Assembly: GCA_000182565.2 (NCBI GenBank)
Contig: KQ257460.1
Strand: one strand, 5' to 3'
DNA length: 64,000 nt
Origin: Spizellomyces punctatus DAOM BR117
Taxonomy: Eukaryota
This document shows positions 24,896-38,000 of this stretch, piece after piece (position 1 is the first letter of the stretch; every line of letters starts with the position of its first letter). Under the pieces are notes generated by a model. The model was not told the DNA's origin. It did no database searches and saw nothing but the letters and a program-made list of their open reading frames with translations. Position numbers and translations under genes: made by a program.

Positions 24896-25438
24896 ATGTC
24901 ATCCGACTTGATTTGGCTGTTGGTAGGTGACACTATCTTGACTATACTGCTTCCAAGTCTTATCTCATGCGCCTTGTTATAGACCCGCGATCAGTCTGCC
25001 TTCCTCGTGAAGCGCAACGGTGTTCAATTGAGCAGGGAGCCGGGTAACCTACTCAACCGGAACTCGTTGAAGTACTCTGGATTGGCTCAGAAGAAGGTGG
25101 GAAGCCATGAGGTGACCTTGGCGGAACTGGATCCTTACAGTTTTGTCTTTCAGACCATTGATATCTCCACGGCCGGCACCAACGGTGCAGTTGTCTCCGT
25201 CAAGAAGACCTCTGTTCCTGCCTCCAAGCCGAGCAAAAGTGTGAGCAAGACCACTCTCAAAAAGTCGACTCGTGCCGGAGCAAAATCCGTCCGTAATATC
25301 ATTCGTACCTACCGCCCAGATTTAGAAAAGGCCGCCTTGGCTCGTCTCTCTCGTGTCCTGGAAAGCCAAAAGCCTGGCAAGGTCAACAAGCCAAAGAAGC
25401 TGCGTGGTGCCAAGGCTCGCAAGGCCACCACCGCTTAG
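24896..25438 (+). CDS. RPL28: 60S ribosomal protein eL28 (L28e family)
   Basis: Spliced reading MSSDLIWLL|TRDQSAFLVKRNGVQLSREPGNLLNRNSLKYSGLA...YRPDLEKAALARLSRV; short 5'UTR intron at 24837-24895. Confidence 0.92.
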
Positions 25439-25554
25439 GTCCTGTGCACTTTAAATATATTGCCTAAACCCGTAAAAGCAATCTTCTTTCATATGTCTGC
25501 TTAAAGTACGAGTAATCTAGTGTAACCTATCATGATGCAGAGCTACAGATGGCA

Positions 25555-27917
25555 TTACCACGTGGAGAGGTCCTTTGAAATGGGCTCTATGTTATCGTCC
25601 TTTAGGTTCAAATGCAGTAATGTATCAAGAGTACCTTTTGCTATTGATGGCAAATATTGAATTCCCTGAGACGGCTGCTTAAGCGCGACATTGGGGTGGA
25701 AGAGTTTCCGACGGTTAACTGTTCCATTCGACGGGTGAGGCAAGGATGGATCGGTGGTGGCTAGAAAAGAGGGGGCAAGATATAACGGCTTGTGTGCATT
25801 TGTTGGGAGCTCGACGAAGCACTTGTGATTATGGTGATATGGTGCGGTGGATAGAGGCATGTGAGGTTCCAGGCGAAAGAATCTTGCGTTCGCCGTACAG
25901 TCCCTGTACACTGGGGCGATTTGCGTAAGTGCTTTGCCGTTTTGTTGTTTGGAACTTTTAACACCAGCGGCCGAACGAAGGTAATGCCTCAGGAAGTCAA
26001 TCCGACTATGCGATTCCGCATATCCTTCTGCTAGAGCCAAACAGGTGTAGCGGAAGAGATATGAAATTCGCCTTATGTTAGTTCTTGCAAGTTTAGATGC
26101 TTCAGGCCGTGAAGGGATGCCGAGAGCCGCCTCCAGCAACGTGCCGGGGCCAGGATGCGTTTCATGTTGTCGTCTCGCTCTCATTGCTTCCCTTGCCAGA
26201 ATCCCGAAAGGTTGCGACCTGAAATGCCGCTGAATTTCCGCTAGCGCAACGACGGCCCCTGCCCGGATCTTCCAGGCATTGCTCTCCTCCGTCACAATGT
26301 CCCGATGCCAGTCTACCATCTTGGGTTGTAGCACCTCAACCGTGACGTTGCCGCCATCTCCAATTTGGATCATCTCATCTATGTCTTGCTCATGTGCCCC
26401 GTGGTCCCTGAGGTCGAATCTTCGATGTTGTGTTCCGCGATATTGCAAATACGTCAGTAAGGACTCCATGACTAGTTTACCCACAGCCGATGAATGGCCG
26501 TTGATGATAATAGCACCGAGACACAATATCCCCAGGTACAACCAGTGCCAATCTGTGCGGGCATCCAGTTTATTCAGCACACCAAGGAATACTCGGCACG
26601 CATCTTCGCTTATTGCAGCAGCCGTAGCCAAGAACCTGATATAGTTGCGTCCTAGGCGTCTTTATAGCGTGAAGAATTACGGATGGTTCCGACGCTTGAG
26701 TAAGATAGCCGCATTGTACGTACCGTGCCCCTCTCCCTCGTAAATCCTCCAAAATGGCGTTGAACGGCCCTATCACATCGCTCGAATCCCCTCCTGGCAG
26801 AGCTCTCATCGTCTGGGAAAGAAATGATAACGCCGTCGCCGTTGCTGGGGGTTGCTCCTTGTCCTGTGTCGTAGAAAGGAGCCAGCGAATCTATCCAGTA
26901 ATGGTGACTCATGTCACTATATAGAACCATTGGGAGAACTAGGAAGATACCAGCCACCAATCCCATGTGCTCCTGACCTACCGAATCTTCCATCTCCGCC
27001 AGTAAATGGATCAAGTATGGATCGGTAGTTTGAATGTTTGGCAGACATTCATCGAGATACTGCTGCATTATCTGTTCGGTCTCCGAGGGAATGACGTATC
27101 CACGGACCTCATGAGCAAATTCTAACCGTTGCATCGCCAAACACATGCACTAGGTGGAAGAGATGAAATAGTTTGCACATGGTGGCTACATGCTCGGATG
27201 CGCCTACGCACCTACCATTGAAATTCTTTTCACATCCCAGCTCTTTCCGGTGCTTGCACAATCCTCCGCGTTTTTCAGAGGGATCAAAATCAACATCCGT
27301 TGAATCATGTCGCTGATTAATTTCAACAGGCTTTCCACTTCAGTGTCGTCGGTACGGAGTTGATTGACATCCAGAGCTTCGAAAAGTACTTCAAATGCTC
27401 TATCATGAATTGAGGGTAAACTGCACTCCGTAAATGCTAGGACGGATCGACGTGCATGTAAAGCCGACGATCGCCCAGGGCTGCTATGCACGTGCTCCTC
27501 TGTGCTTCCCAAGTTGGCATCAACCCGCTGGCGAAGAAGCCGAAGGTGTGGGTGAAGTTTTAAGGATTCACTTCCAGGGAAACGAGCGGCCGGTGTTTTC
27601 GTTGAGGTGGGGGCTTTCAATACTGGATCAACCACTGAACCTGCCAAAACTAGATGCTTCAATTTATCAAAAATATCTAATGCCTGTCTTCTCCTTCGCT
27701 GCTGGTCAGACGGTGTGCTGGATGCATTGCACTCGCGGACGAAAGCAGCCACTGTCTCCGGAATAGACAGCCGAACTGTCGAAGATGCATGGATATTCCC
27801 CAACCCAGCGGGCACTTGTTCAGAGCCCGTGTTCAGGTGCTGCTGTGGTGTTGACGCTCGAGAAGTAGAAGGTTGTAATGCCCAGGAATGTTGGACCAGG
27901 ACGGTGACGTAGCCCAT
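25555..27917 (-). CDS. Helical-repeat protein, probable TMEM232-like (start codon uncertain)
   Basis: Three long ORF segments (237, 164, 358 aa) separated by short intron-like gaps. Several collinear blocks resemble metazoan TMEM232 from memory, e.g. FTECSLPSIHDRAFEVLFEALD and LATAAAISEDACRVFL. Confidence 0.55.
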
Positions 27918-28281
27918 GTTTCTTATAGAAATGGACTGAGCGACAAATGGGGAAGGAGAATCTCAGCTGCTTAATCAGCAAGCAGGTTCGTTCACCAAGC
28001 CACTTTATCACGTGGACGGTCGATCGGACGCCCTCCCATATATTTATTGAACCACAGCAGGATTTGCTCCTCCTTCCCCCAGTCCACTCATTGTTACGAC
28101 CAGGTAAGAGCATTGGTTCATCGTGCATCCATCGATCCATCCATCCATCCATCCGACCTTTGTGGCAAATGCTACAGTATTGCGAGAGCAATGATAGTGT
28201 TGTATTTGCTTGGAAGGGTGGTGGTCGGGATGGTCGCGACGCTACATGTCGAATTGTGATGCTGACTCGGTTCTGCCAGAC

Positions 28282-28426
28282 ATGCGTGATAAGTGGAGGA
28301 AGAAGCGTCAGAGGCGTCTCAAGCGTAAGAGGAGAAAGATGAGGGCTAGGTCCAAAGTACGTTTGAATTATGCATTACAAGGCGATCACCAGCGCTTATG
28401 TTTCGTTGGACTATTCTTTTTAGTAA
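28282..28426 (+). CDS. RPL41: Ribosomal protein eL41 (25 aa)
   Basis: MRDKWRKKRQRRLKRKRRKMRARSK, then a GTACGT...TAG intron (28357-28423), then TAA at 28424-28426. Confidence 0.95.
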
Positions 28427-28780
28427 ACGCCCGTTCGATCTGCCTCCGACTACGCGAACCTCGAGTAGCTCAGGGGAAACGATCACATCGACCAATTAAA
28501 ACTATCACAATACGTCGAACAAGCATTTTAGGCAGTTGGAGGGTGTGGGAATGTCATTGCCTACCTGATATTCTGCTGAGGGTGCGGAGAAGGCAATTGT
28601 GTGTAGTCATGTCTAAGTCAGAATTAAATACATGCTTATTTCTGGCCCATATGACTCTTGATTTAAAGGTTGGAATCCCGTACTATGTCATCGCAAAGAT
28701 AGTATGTATTTCCAGAACAGCCCGCGCAACTGAGGGCTATAGAAGCAAGAATGCCATCTGGTGTTACACCGTTGCTGTAA

Positions 28781-29556
28781 CTATTCAGCGATGCGTACTT
28801 TCCGCCCTTGGGTTTCCTCCTTGGGGATCTCCACCTGCAGCACGCCGTCTTTGAGTTTCGCCGAAATCTGCATCGGTGGGTCAAAAGTAACGTCGGCAGG
28901 ACATCAGACACACGCTGGGCATACCTTTTCAGCGTCAATTTTGTCTGGGAAAGTGAACAGCCTTCTGAAGCTCCCAATCACCCTTTCTCGGCTCCACACC
29001 TTCTCGTTGGCAGGAGCGATGTTGGTGCTTGTGTCAGCTTGCGCAAGATCCGTCTTGTCTGATGTTCCGGCCGTGTCCGCAGCTTCAATATTGGGCGGGC
29101 TTACTTCACGCACATCTTCAAATCGTCCCTCAAGTGCAAGAGTGTCTGCCAATTTTATCGTAAGAGCAGGGTCAGACTTGGTCCGCCGTTGATGGACGAC
29201 AGATGATGCGTATACTTACGGTCGTCGACGACCTCCAAGTCAATGTTGCTCCTTGGTAAGCCGGGTACTTCTGCCTCGATGATATACGCATCCGGACGCT
29301 CTACAAAGTACGTCATTGGGTCAGCAATATGTGTATAACCGATCCCGCTGCTTGTCCAAAAACCTTTCACATCAACAGCAGGCACAGGTGCACGGATATT
29401 CGCCAGTGCCGCTAGTGGATTAAAAACGTCGTCAGAGATGCCAATAGGCGCAAGAGCACTTTGGGCTGAACCGGGTCGAAAACGGGAGGTAATGCCGTGG
29501 GGGTTATGTTCAAATACATTGGTCAAACTGGGAAGAAGACGACGAACGATGGACAT
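28781..29556 (-). CDS. Small heat-shock protein (HSP20/alpha-crystallin family)
   Basis: PAVDVK|ERPDAYIIEAEVPGL...WSRERVIGSFRRLFTFP...ISAKLKDGVLQVEIPK across three short introns. Confidence 0.92.
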
Positions 29557-30294
29557 GGTTAATTGCAGTGTCTCAGGCTTTATTCTTCTGGGGCACTGTC
29601 TCCGAGGGCCTTTTTATTGGAATACGACAAATCGATACGTACGTGAGCTGACTGGCGATGAGTATGAAGGGCTGTGAGTAATGACGCAGCTAACCCTTCT
29701 TACTCATTACGAAATGAAAACCGTTTGAAGCAGGTCCCATGTCCAAGTAAACTAAACCCCCGCATGCGGGGATAGGACTTGGGAGAGACTTAATCCTTTG
29801 AACCCCCACCTATGCAAAAAAAGTTTCTATTAAATATACTTGGAAGCTCTTAATGTACAAGTATATTACAATGATGACAGCATGTGCCCATACGACATTG
29901 CAGCGGCATCATTCCAAAAGGGCCTTACATTGCCTGAATCCAGTTTTATGGCAGTTGGTGGCGAACAACCGAATGAGTATTCGCCGTCTTTTGATCATCC
30001 AATTGGCAATTTGGGCTGGTTGGCCATGAACATGAGTTATGTCTTGCATGCTTTCCAACATATAAACATGTACACAGCTGCCATTGTGCGATGACTTTTT
30101 CTTATTTGCTTAACATAGAAGATAAAAGATTGTGGACCGACTCTAGTCAGTTTGATGCCAATTTCAGATCGCAATATGCGAGATAGGAACGAAGCGGCTA
30201 CGTTCGATGGTTACTTTACCCTCCTAGCTCTAATCCTAACCTTGCAATGCATTTTGACGCATCATGAAGTCTATGGCTCTATCTAGCACACGAA

Positions 30295-31768
30295 CTATCC
30301 CAGGGAGCCACCGACAGTCACATTTGCGCTCACAAGGGCTTCCTGTATCCAAGGAGGGGGCGCCAAAGGTGTGTTACTGTCAATGATGCTGCGAACAGGA
30401 TAGCTTTTTGGTATTCCGCCAGGTCGGAATATGAGGTTGACCTTCGGAGCCTTTGCTGCAGCACCCCTCGGCACCACTGTTTCCTCTTCGCCGTCTTTAC
30501 CTTTCTTCCCTTTAGGAGCTTGTGGGGCTTCATAACTCGGATATTTGTTAATCGTAAATCCAACACCTGAGGAAGGTTTGAAAGGAGTTTGAATGACTGG
30601 AAGCTTGCCGCTCTTCTTTAATCCTTTGCTGGAACGAGCTTTCGCTCCCGCTAAAAGATAAGAAGTTAGGCCAGGCTGTTCACAAATGATCGAACTTGCC
30701 ACTTTAGGTTACCTTGCGCCTGCAACAAAGATACAAACGGACTAAAATACTGTAGTTTCGAGCTGCTCGAAATGAAGGGCCGTTCTCCCACAACCTTCCG
30801 TTGATGTTCCTGCCGGTCTTTCTAAAGTACGTCAAATAACGTGGGTCAGAGAGGTGTCGCCTTGGAACATGTATTTGCAACGGTTACCCTTGCAACGATA
30901 TCAGGCCCATCATATGGATCCCCAATATATTCATACGGTTTCCCGATGGTAACATTCGCATAACCTACAGATGGGGCCGGCACAGGGTACGTAGTATTGG
31001 CAAGAAAGTTATCTGCATTAATATCGACCATATCGCCATACCAAAACCGCCCTTTTTGGGTGGGCGCGTCAGAAAGTTCACCAGCGCCTCCCTTTCAGGT
31101 GGTTCTCGTTCGCTTGTAAAGGAAGGGCGATCTTCGCTCTCGTTCTTTTCAAGAGGCCATTGGTGCTCGAACGTCCCCCAGGGTGATCCACTCCCGGATC
31201 TAGTGTAGTAGTAAAAGAAAAATGCTTACTCGGAAGCTGTGAAGTTAAAATATAATGGACTTTCATCCTTACGGCTTTGGGGGAACATTGGACGGTCTAA
31301 ACGGAGCTGGAACGATATTCTTCTCCTTTGCTTGCAATCTCCACCGTCGTCGTAATTTTACTAAATCAATATATGGCTCATTCTGCGCCGATGTCAGGTC
31401 ATTTGAACCCAGGAGTACCTTTTCCACCTCGTGAAAAACATGGCTTGCTCACCTCAAACACTCGAATGAACTCTTTGTCGAAGAAAACATCTTTTGTGTC
31501 ATGTCCCTTCTTGGGAGGGTTTGTAATGAACTGTTTTCCGTTCGTTCGATAACTCAAGAAAGCGTCTACATATAAGAGATTGTTTAGATGAATCGCTGTA
31601 CGAAAGCCATATACGCATCTGCCAAATTTTGGTACCATTCTTTTTCTCATTGTACTTGTCACCAATTGAGATGTATGGGACTTCACTGAAAATCCCGATC
31701 CGATCAAGATCTGGACGCCCAAATCTATTTCCCATCTCTCCCGCGCCATTGTTCTTTGAACTGGGCAT
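30295..31768 (-). CDS. CFAP96: Cilia/flagella-associated protein 96 (C4orf47/UPF0602 family)
   Basis: DLDRIGIFSEVPYISIGDKY, FFDKEFIRVFE, GYANVTIGK, PFKPSS and IFRPGGIPKSYPVRSII match the family motifs in order. Confidence 0.85.
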
Positions 31769-32070
31769 GGTGGCAGTTCTCCTATCCGATGGTGGGAGAA
31801 TGTGCAGAGAGCCCGTGAGGCACGGACTGCATCTCAGAACATCTCTCGAGTCACGATCCGCAAAATCCCTCATTTTTGAAAACACATTCATTTTGATTAC
31901 CACAGAATTCACGGTATACAGAACAGATCATTTTAGCCAACACATGCATCCTTTAAACGCGAGCCCCACGGATACCTTTAATAGCCCACAACCTATATAC
32001 AACTACACTAAAATGCAAGCTGGAATAACTGCGGCCCATCGTACCACATAGCACCGCTCCCTGCATAATA

Positions 32071-34335
32071 TCACTGACCCCACTTGCCTTCCTTATTCTT
32101 AGGGTCAAAGTACTTCTTCAAACCTTGCCAGCATTCATAGTAATCATCCTGCAAAACTTTGCCACCTGCATATTCTTTCTCCACGGCCCATTTGGTTAAG
32201 GAAAGCATATGGGACGTTTCAAACATGAACGCTAGACCATCAGGGCGGAGCTTGACGGGTTGCAATTCTTCGGTTGACGCCTTTTCGAAGGTCACTTGAT
32301 CGGGTCCGTGTGCACTCATTGTGCTAGAAAGAGATCCCTGGTTCTCAGCATCTACACTGAAGCTGGTGGGTGTAGATCACTTACCTGTGAAGAGATGCAC
32401 CACCAGGTAGAAACCCTGTGGCCTTGGCATCGTAACCTCCGCTGATCAAACCCATAAACTCGGCCATACTACAATATAATCCATATATGAATATTGACGT
32501 TCGCAGACTCTCCGCACGGGGAATCCATCCGTATACTTACCAATTACGGTGGTAATATGGCGGGCTGAGAGGCAGATGATATAATTAAACAGCAGGAGAC
32601 TGTGACTAAGATATTTGACTTACCGGAATGTATGTTCTCCGACCATCCACCGCGGTGGGAATATGACAAAGTCAGCTGCAGCAACACCAGGTGTGTTCGA
32701 TTTGGATGTGAGCACCGTGAAGATCGAAGGATCCTATGGGAAACCAACAGGCTGTATCAGTAAGCTTCATCTCATTGTCTTCAACTAGCTCCATCGTGTA
32801 AGGGCTGGTTACCGGATGATCGAATGATACCGTGTTAACGGTGCAGAATTTCCGCAAGTCATACTTGTACGGGGCATAGTTGCCATGCCTGATTTCAGTC
32901 AAGCTAGTTGTTATCATGATGCTCAAACGTTTATATAGCGATGAATTAAATACATTACCAAGCAACCACATCAAATGCCGAATGCGTCTAAGACGGGAAG
33001 AGATAGTACGCAACTCAGAGGTGAACCTTTGATAATGCCAAGTGTATTCGCTAACCTGCTGAAGGGTGTACAGTTGGCCCTGGTACTTTGTTGTTATAGT
33101 GAAGGATATATTTTCCTTGTCTTCATATGCCGCGGTTGGATACAAGAAATCGCGTGGGTTAGCAAGGCCATTGGCACCTAGGAATGAGATCGAGGATCAG
33201 TAATTGAGAGCAGGTCGACCAAACGTGCTTCACAGCACACGTCTACCGATTGGCCCTAGATCCGGTAGCTCAAAGTGGCGGTCAAATACTTCAAGAACAT
33301 ATCCTCGGCTGGGTCCATCAGGTAATCTCACAGCATAGCGAATTCTAGGTCACCGCTTCACAGTCAGGACTGCGTTTTAATGGAGAGAGCGTAGAAGAAG
33401 AAAAGAGACACTCACCCTCGAGGAATAACTACTATTTCATTCGGCTCGACATAAAGATAACCAAGTTCGGTTTGAATATCCAACCGCCCTTGTTGAGGAA
33501 CTGTGCAGAGGAACTGGATGTGAGTTGAGCTCGTCTTCCCATAGCCACAATGTACCGGTTAGTGATTACCAATTAGTAAGTCACCGTCCGCATTATAAAA
33601 GGCAGAGTTCTCCATGCTTGCATTTGCAAGATATACGTGGATGGCAATTCCATTTCGTACCGAAGGATCACCAGATCCACCTATATAAGACAAAGAAGAT
33701 GATGAGCTAGTTCTTACACGATTGCTCTGCATAGTTAACACAGGTACCCACAAACAGTGTGAAGACCGTGTACAAAGTCGACACCGCCATGCTTCGGCAG
33801 CTCAAAGGGAGACCATCTGCGAATACGCTCTGTTCAGTCAATATTATTTCGCGCTAGATAAATGTATAAATACCTTAGCTGATTGGGGGTAGATTGACAC
33901 TCAGAATCTTGATGCCCCACGGCAAACGAACGGACAAGAGTGGGTGACGGAGTGCGTGTGAAAGGGGTGTGACAGACGGAAGGGCGAATACGATAGAGCC
34001 AGCTATCAGATTGTAGTTAATTATGAGTAGGATATAACATGAATTGATTATAATACGTAATATAACACTAACCTGCGCTGGTTTTCCGACCTTGGTGCTG
34101 TGAATGCGGTTCCAGAAAGCTGTTCGGCGTATAGGCCGTAGGGGACCCTTTGAGGAGAGTTTTGTCCTAAGCATCGTCAGAGAATACAATTTAAGAAACT
34201 TGAGGCTGGCAATTTTCTGCTCCATACAACACGACAAGACACCTGCTTACCTTCCGGAAGTGCCCCCTCGAGTGCCTCTGTTGCATGAGTGTTTCCAAAG
34301 CCCTGGAGATACTTGTAGGTAGATGCGGAAGACAT
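32071..34335 (-). CDS. HGD: Homogentisate 1,2-dioxygenase, multi-exon
   Basis: [66 protein letters not shown]. Confidence 0.95.
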
Positions 34336-35017
34336 TGGTGCAAAACCTGAGTCCAACGAATACAAAAAAGACGGAAGACCGAAAAACGCAAGCCGACAAA
34401 GCTTGGATAAATGCAAGATGTCGTGAAAGGAAGGGCGCTGAGAAGCGTAATGGCCTTTCGATCACGTGTGCGCGGACCGTGTAACAGCCCAAAGACTACA
34501 ACATTGCTCACACGACGTCGGCCGTGACGCTTTGCAGATTCCTGTTTCGCCGTGCCTCGAACCAGTTGGGCTTTGGCCAACTCATATTTAAAGGTGGTAA
34601 GAGCTCCGGGGACCACCAACGGCTATCCACTATCAGTGTACGATTGCCTTTCCCGGTTCATTTTCTCGTGTTTCTCTGCCATCATCCCGATTAGCATCGA
34701 ACCAGCACTTTCAGCTGGACTTGCGACCACGCCACACGGGGCTTAGCAACTGCGACGTAAGCGAAAGTCCGACCCTGCATCCTTGCTCCTTCACCCCTTC
34801 ACCCTCATTTAAGTTTGAATTCTTACTCGCCCACCAATGTCCAGATCCGTTGTCATTCAACAATGCCGAAGGCCAAAAATAGATTCAATGGCGGGCTCTG
34901 CCCGAGTGACTCACGTTAACTTTCGATCCAACCTCTGCCAGTTTCGCCCCCAGCTGCCGAGTTTTTATTTTCCATAGCCATATACCTATCCAATATTAAT
35001 CAATCAGCTTTCAGGCC

Positions 35018-38000
35018 ATGTATTGCACTCTCCATGGTGTTCCGTATCTACCGGGAACCGCTATACCCGTTAAAGCCAAATATGGAAACGCGATGATTTT
35101 GTTCAACCACAGAACGGGCTCCTCTGCCGCATTGGATGAGATGGGGGTTGCTAGATTGGAAGCAGGGGGTATTTATACCGCAGAAACTTTGGAATCGGAG
35201 AAGCGTCTGGCCGCAAAGGTAGGCAGACATCCACCTACCACAATGCTGCTGTGGAACGTTAATGTATTCGATATCGTAGTCAAAGGTAGGATTAGAATCC
35301 AGCGATGACAACAAAAAGCTACGAAGGCACTCTGCCCTTCCACGCATACTTAGTAGGAGGACGTCGGATTCCTCAATGGGAAAAACCTTGCGGGGCCTTG
35401 CTGGTGGTAGTAAAGCTGCATCCGCCGCGTCGCTGGCTGGACCCGCTGAAGAGGAAGAGGCTATCAGCTTTCATGAGATGTTAAACATGGACACACCAAA
35501 GTCAGACGGCCAACAAAAGGTCAGTTAAGCCCGTAATATGTTGATGATGTAGAAAGATTTCCTGACGAGGAGTGACAGGATGCTTCGTTACGAAAAACCA
35601 GACCTCGATCCGCAGTCCCATCTAATAGCGGGTTTTTCACGACCACTTCTGCCGACACTTCCTTTCCCCCTTCGGGTACATTTCCGAGCCTATTTGATCA
35701 ACTCAAAGCTCAAAAGAGAAACAGTGGAGCACCGCCAGCATCTGTAGCGATAACAGAGTCAAGAGGGGACATTCCGCGCACTGACTCACTCGAAAGCGGG
35801 TTGAGCACATCATCTGTAACTGTTGCCTCCTCAGTTCCAGATCTGCGGGGTACGGTTAAAGATACATCCAGACGCTGGAGCGCCGGCTTTCCGTTTGGAC
35901 CAACGACAACTAGTTCCGACTCCATAAATTCAATGTCATATACAGGGAAACCGAGCCCGCTGTCCGATGTTGAATCCGATGACGAAAAAAGAGACAGTGG
36001 GATGACGTTGATAGATTTCTTGAATAGTGGGCCTGGATCTCGACCTCGAAAGGCCTCGGACTCGCCAGGTGTTTCGAAGATCAATACTGGCACCATCAGA
36101 GTGAAAAGTTCATCTCAGAGCTCCGGACTGGCGTCTCCGAGCGGCATGTCCAGTATTTCCACAATTTTGGCGGAGACGTCCCCTCCGAGATATCTAACGC
36201 TGGTCGGAGGGAAGAAATATACTATATCAGGATCAACCACAACAGCTGATAATATTGCAGATTTGGCCGCGCTCTCCGGCGTGGTACGCGTGGAGCGAAA
36301 CAAGTCCGTCGAGGTGCTGTCGGCAACATTAGAGGATTATGTTCTCAAAATGTGCGAAAAAGCTCCAAACAATGGGGAGATGCCTAAGATGATCATAGAC
36401 ATCCCGACAGAAAACTGTTTAGCATTGCCGGATCCGCAGCAGGCGACGCAAGGCGCTTTCAACATCATACATCGGAATGGCGTACTGCATTGTTGGGCAG
36501 CATCTCAAGATGAGATGTCAGCATGGACCAGCACTATTAATACTGCTAGTTCCAATATCTCTGTAGCGCAGAGCCTTAGTGGAACCCTGAAAGGAACGTT
36601 GGCAAATACAGGTAGACGTAGTTTCGAGCACATATCACACGTTCGTCCAATTGTACAGAACGGCTAATCCGTTATTTCTCGAGCAGGTGCAAAAGGTGAT
36701 GCGTATACGCGCGAATTTCACAATTTATTGGCAGAACTGGCAGCCAATATGAGGGAGGTTACCGGGCAGGATCCAGGACACTCAGAGACAGACGACGAGT
36801 CGCCGGTGCCTGAGGGTGATCCTACTCCGGCACCTCCCGCGCCTTTCTTGCGTACGTCTAGCAATATTTTGGGCGCGGAGGAAGAGCAAAGAGTCATGAC
36901 TGCTGAGGAAACAAGTCAGTATGAGGCAAAGACAGTAGCAGAGAGCGTACCGGAGGCTCCCAAGGCGCCCGTAAGACCACCGTGGGTACTCATGAAGCAA
37001 ATGAGTGACAATTTTGATGGAAAGATTGTGGTCCGATACGAAATAGATCAAGGTAGGCCATCACGTCATGACTTTGCGCACAATATGCGAATCCCGCTTC
37101 CCCGACACATCTAGTCCGCGCGCGGGAAGATTACTTAATTCCCATGCTTTCCGTTTTCGTTACATGCTCTCATCATAGACGGGTCGGTGAACAAGCACTC
37201 CATTGCAGGGGGTACCCTCGACAAACTGATCGAACGTCTTGCTGATGAGCACGATCCCGGTAAGTACAAGATGAAAATCAACTTAGATCAGTTGCTTTCA
37301 ACTGAATATTGAACATAGATCAGGAATATATTCAAGCCTTTTTGCTGACGTACCGCCATTTTTCAACCGCCGAAGAAGTGCTGGAGAGACTGATTGGACG
37401 GCTCAATGTAGAACCCCCGCAAAATGCATCAGTAGATCAAGTTCGGGCAGTCGAAAAATGGCGGCCGGTAATTAGACTACGGTAATCTCATCTAATTTTG
37501 CCATTTGGTAGACTTTGGTGTCATGTCTCATGTGTGTGCCTTTACTAGCACGGTGTCCGTGGTAAAACACTGGATTTTCAATCACTGGTCCCCAGACTTT
37601 GTCAATCCAGCAGCACAACGAGCCCTGAACAGATTTCTGGACATCATGCAGCAGCCATTCGAAGCAAAAACAGAGGAGGTAGAAACCCCGGCGGTCAAGT
37701 ATACAGAAGACTTTCAGAGCCTGGCGGTACTCCTCAAAGGGTTAATGACTGTCAAGGTTGGGATTTGTTTTGATATCTTCATTCTCAGCCAGTAAGATAT
37801 CTTATTGCTTTCCGAACGCTAGCACCGCATCGCTAAATGGCGACTTGCGAATGCACCAACGGTTTTCTCGAAAGCATCTACAGTTGCTGCTAAAACCCAG
37901 TTCCTTGAAATGGACCCAAAAGACCTTGCCCATCAACTGACCATCTTGGAACATGAGCGCTTTGCCGCCATAAGTCCCCTGGCTTTCCTGTTACATTTGT

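Noticed and set aside
28210-28854. 214-aa ORF containing the eL41 sequence as a fusion protein
   Set aside because: It is explained by reading through the 5'UTR intron and the terminal intron of RPL41.
29840-30094. 84-aa ORF between HSP20 and CFAP96
   Set aside because: It has a non-ATG start and no recognisable motifs; probably intergenic or an old repeat remnant.
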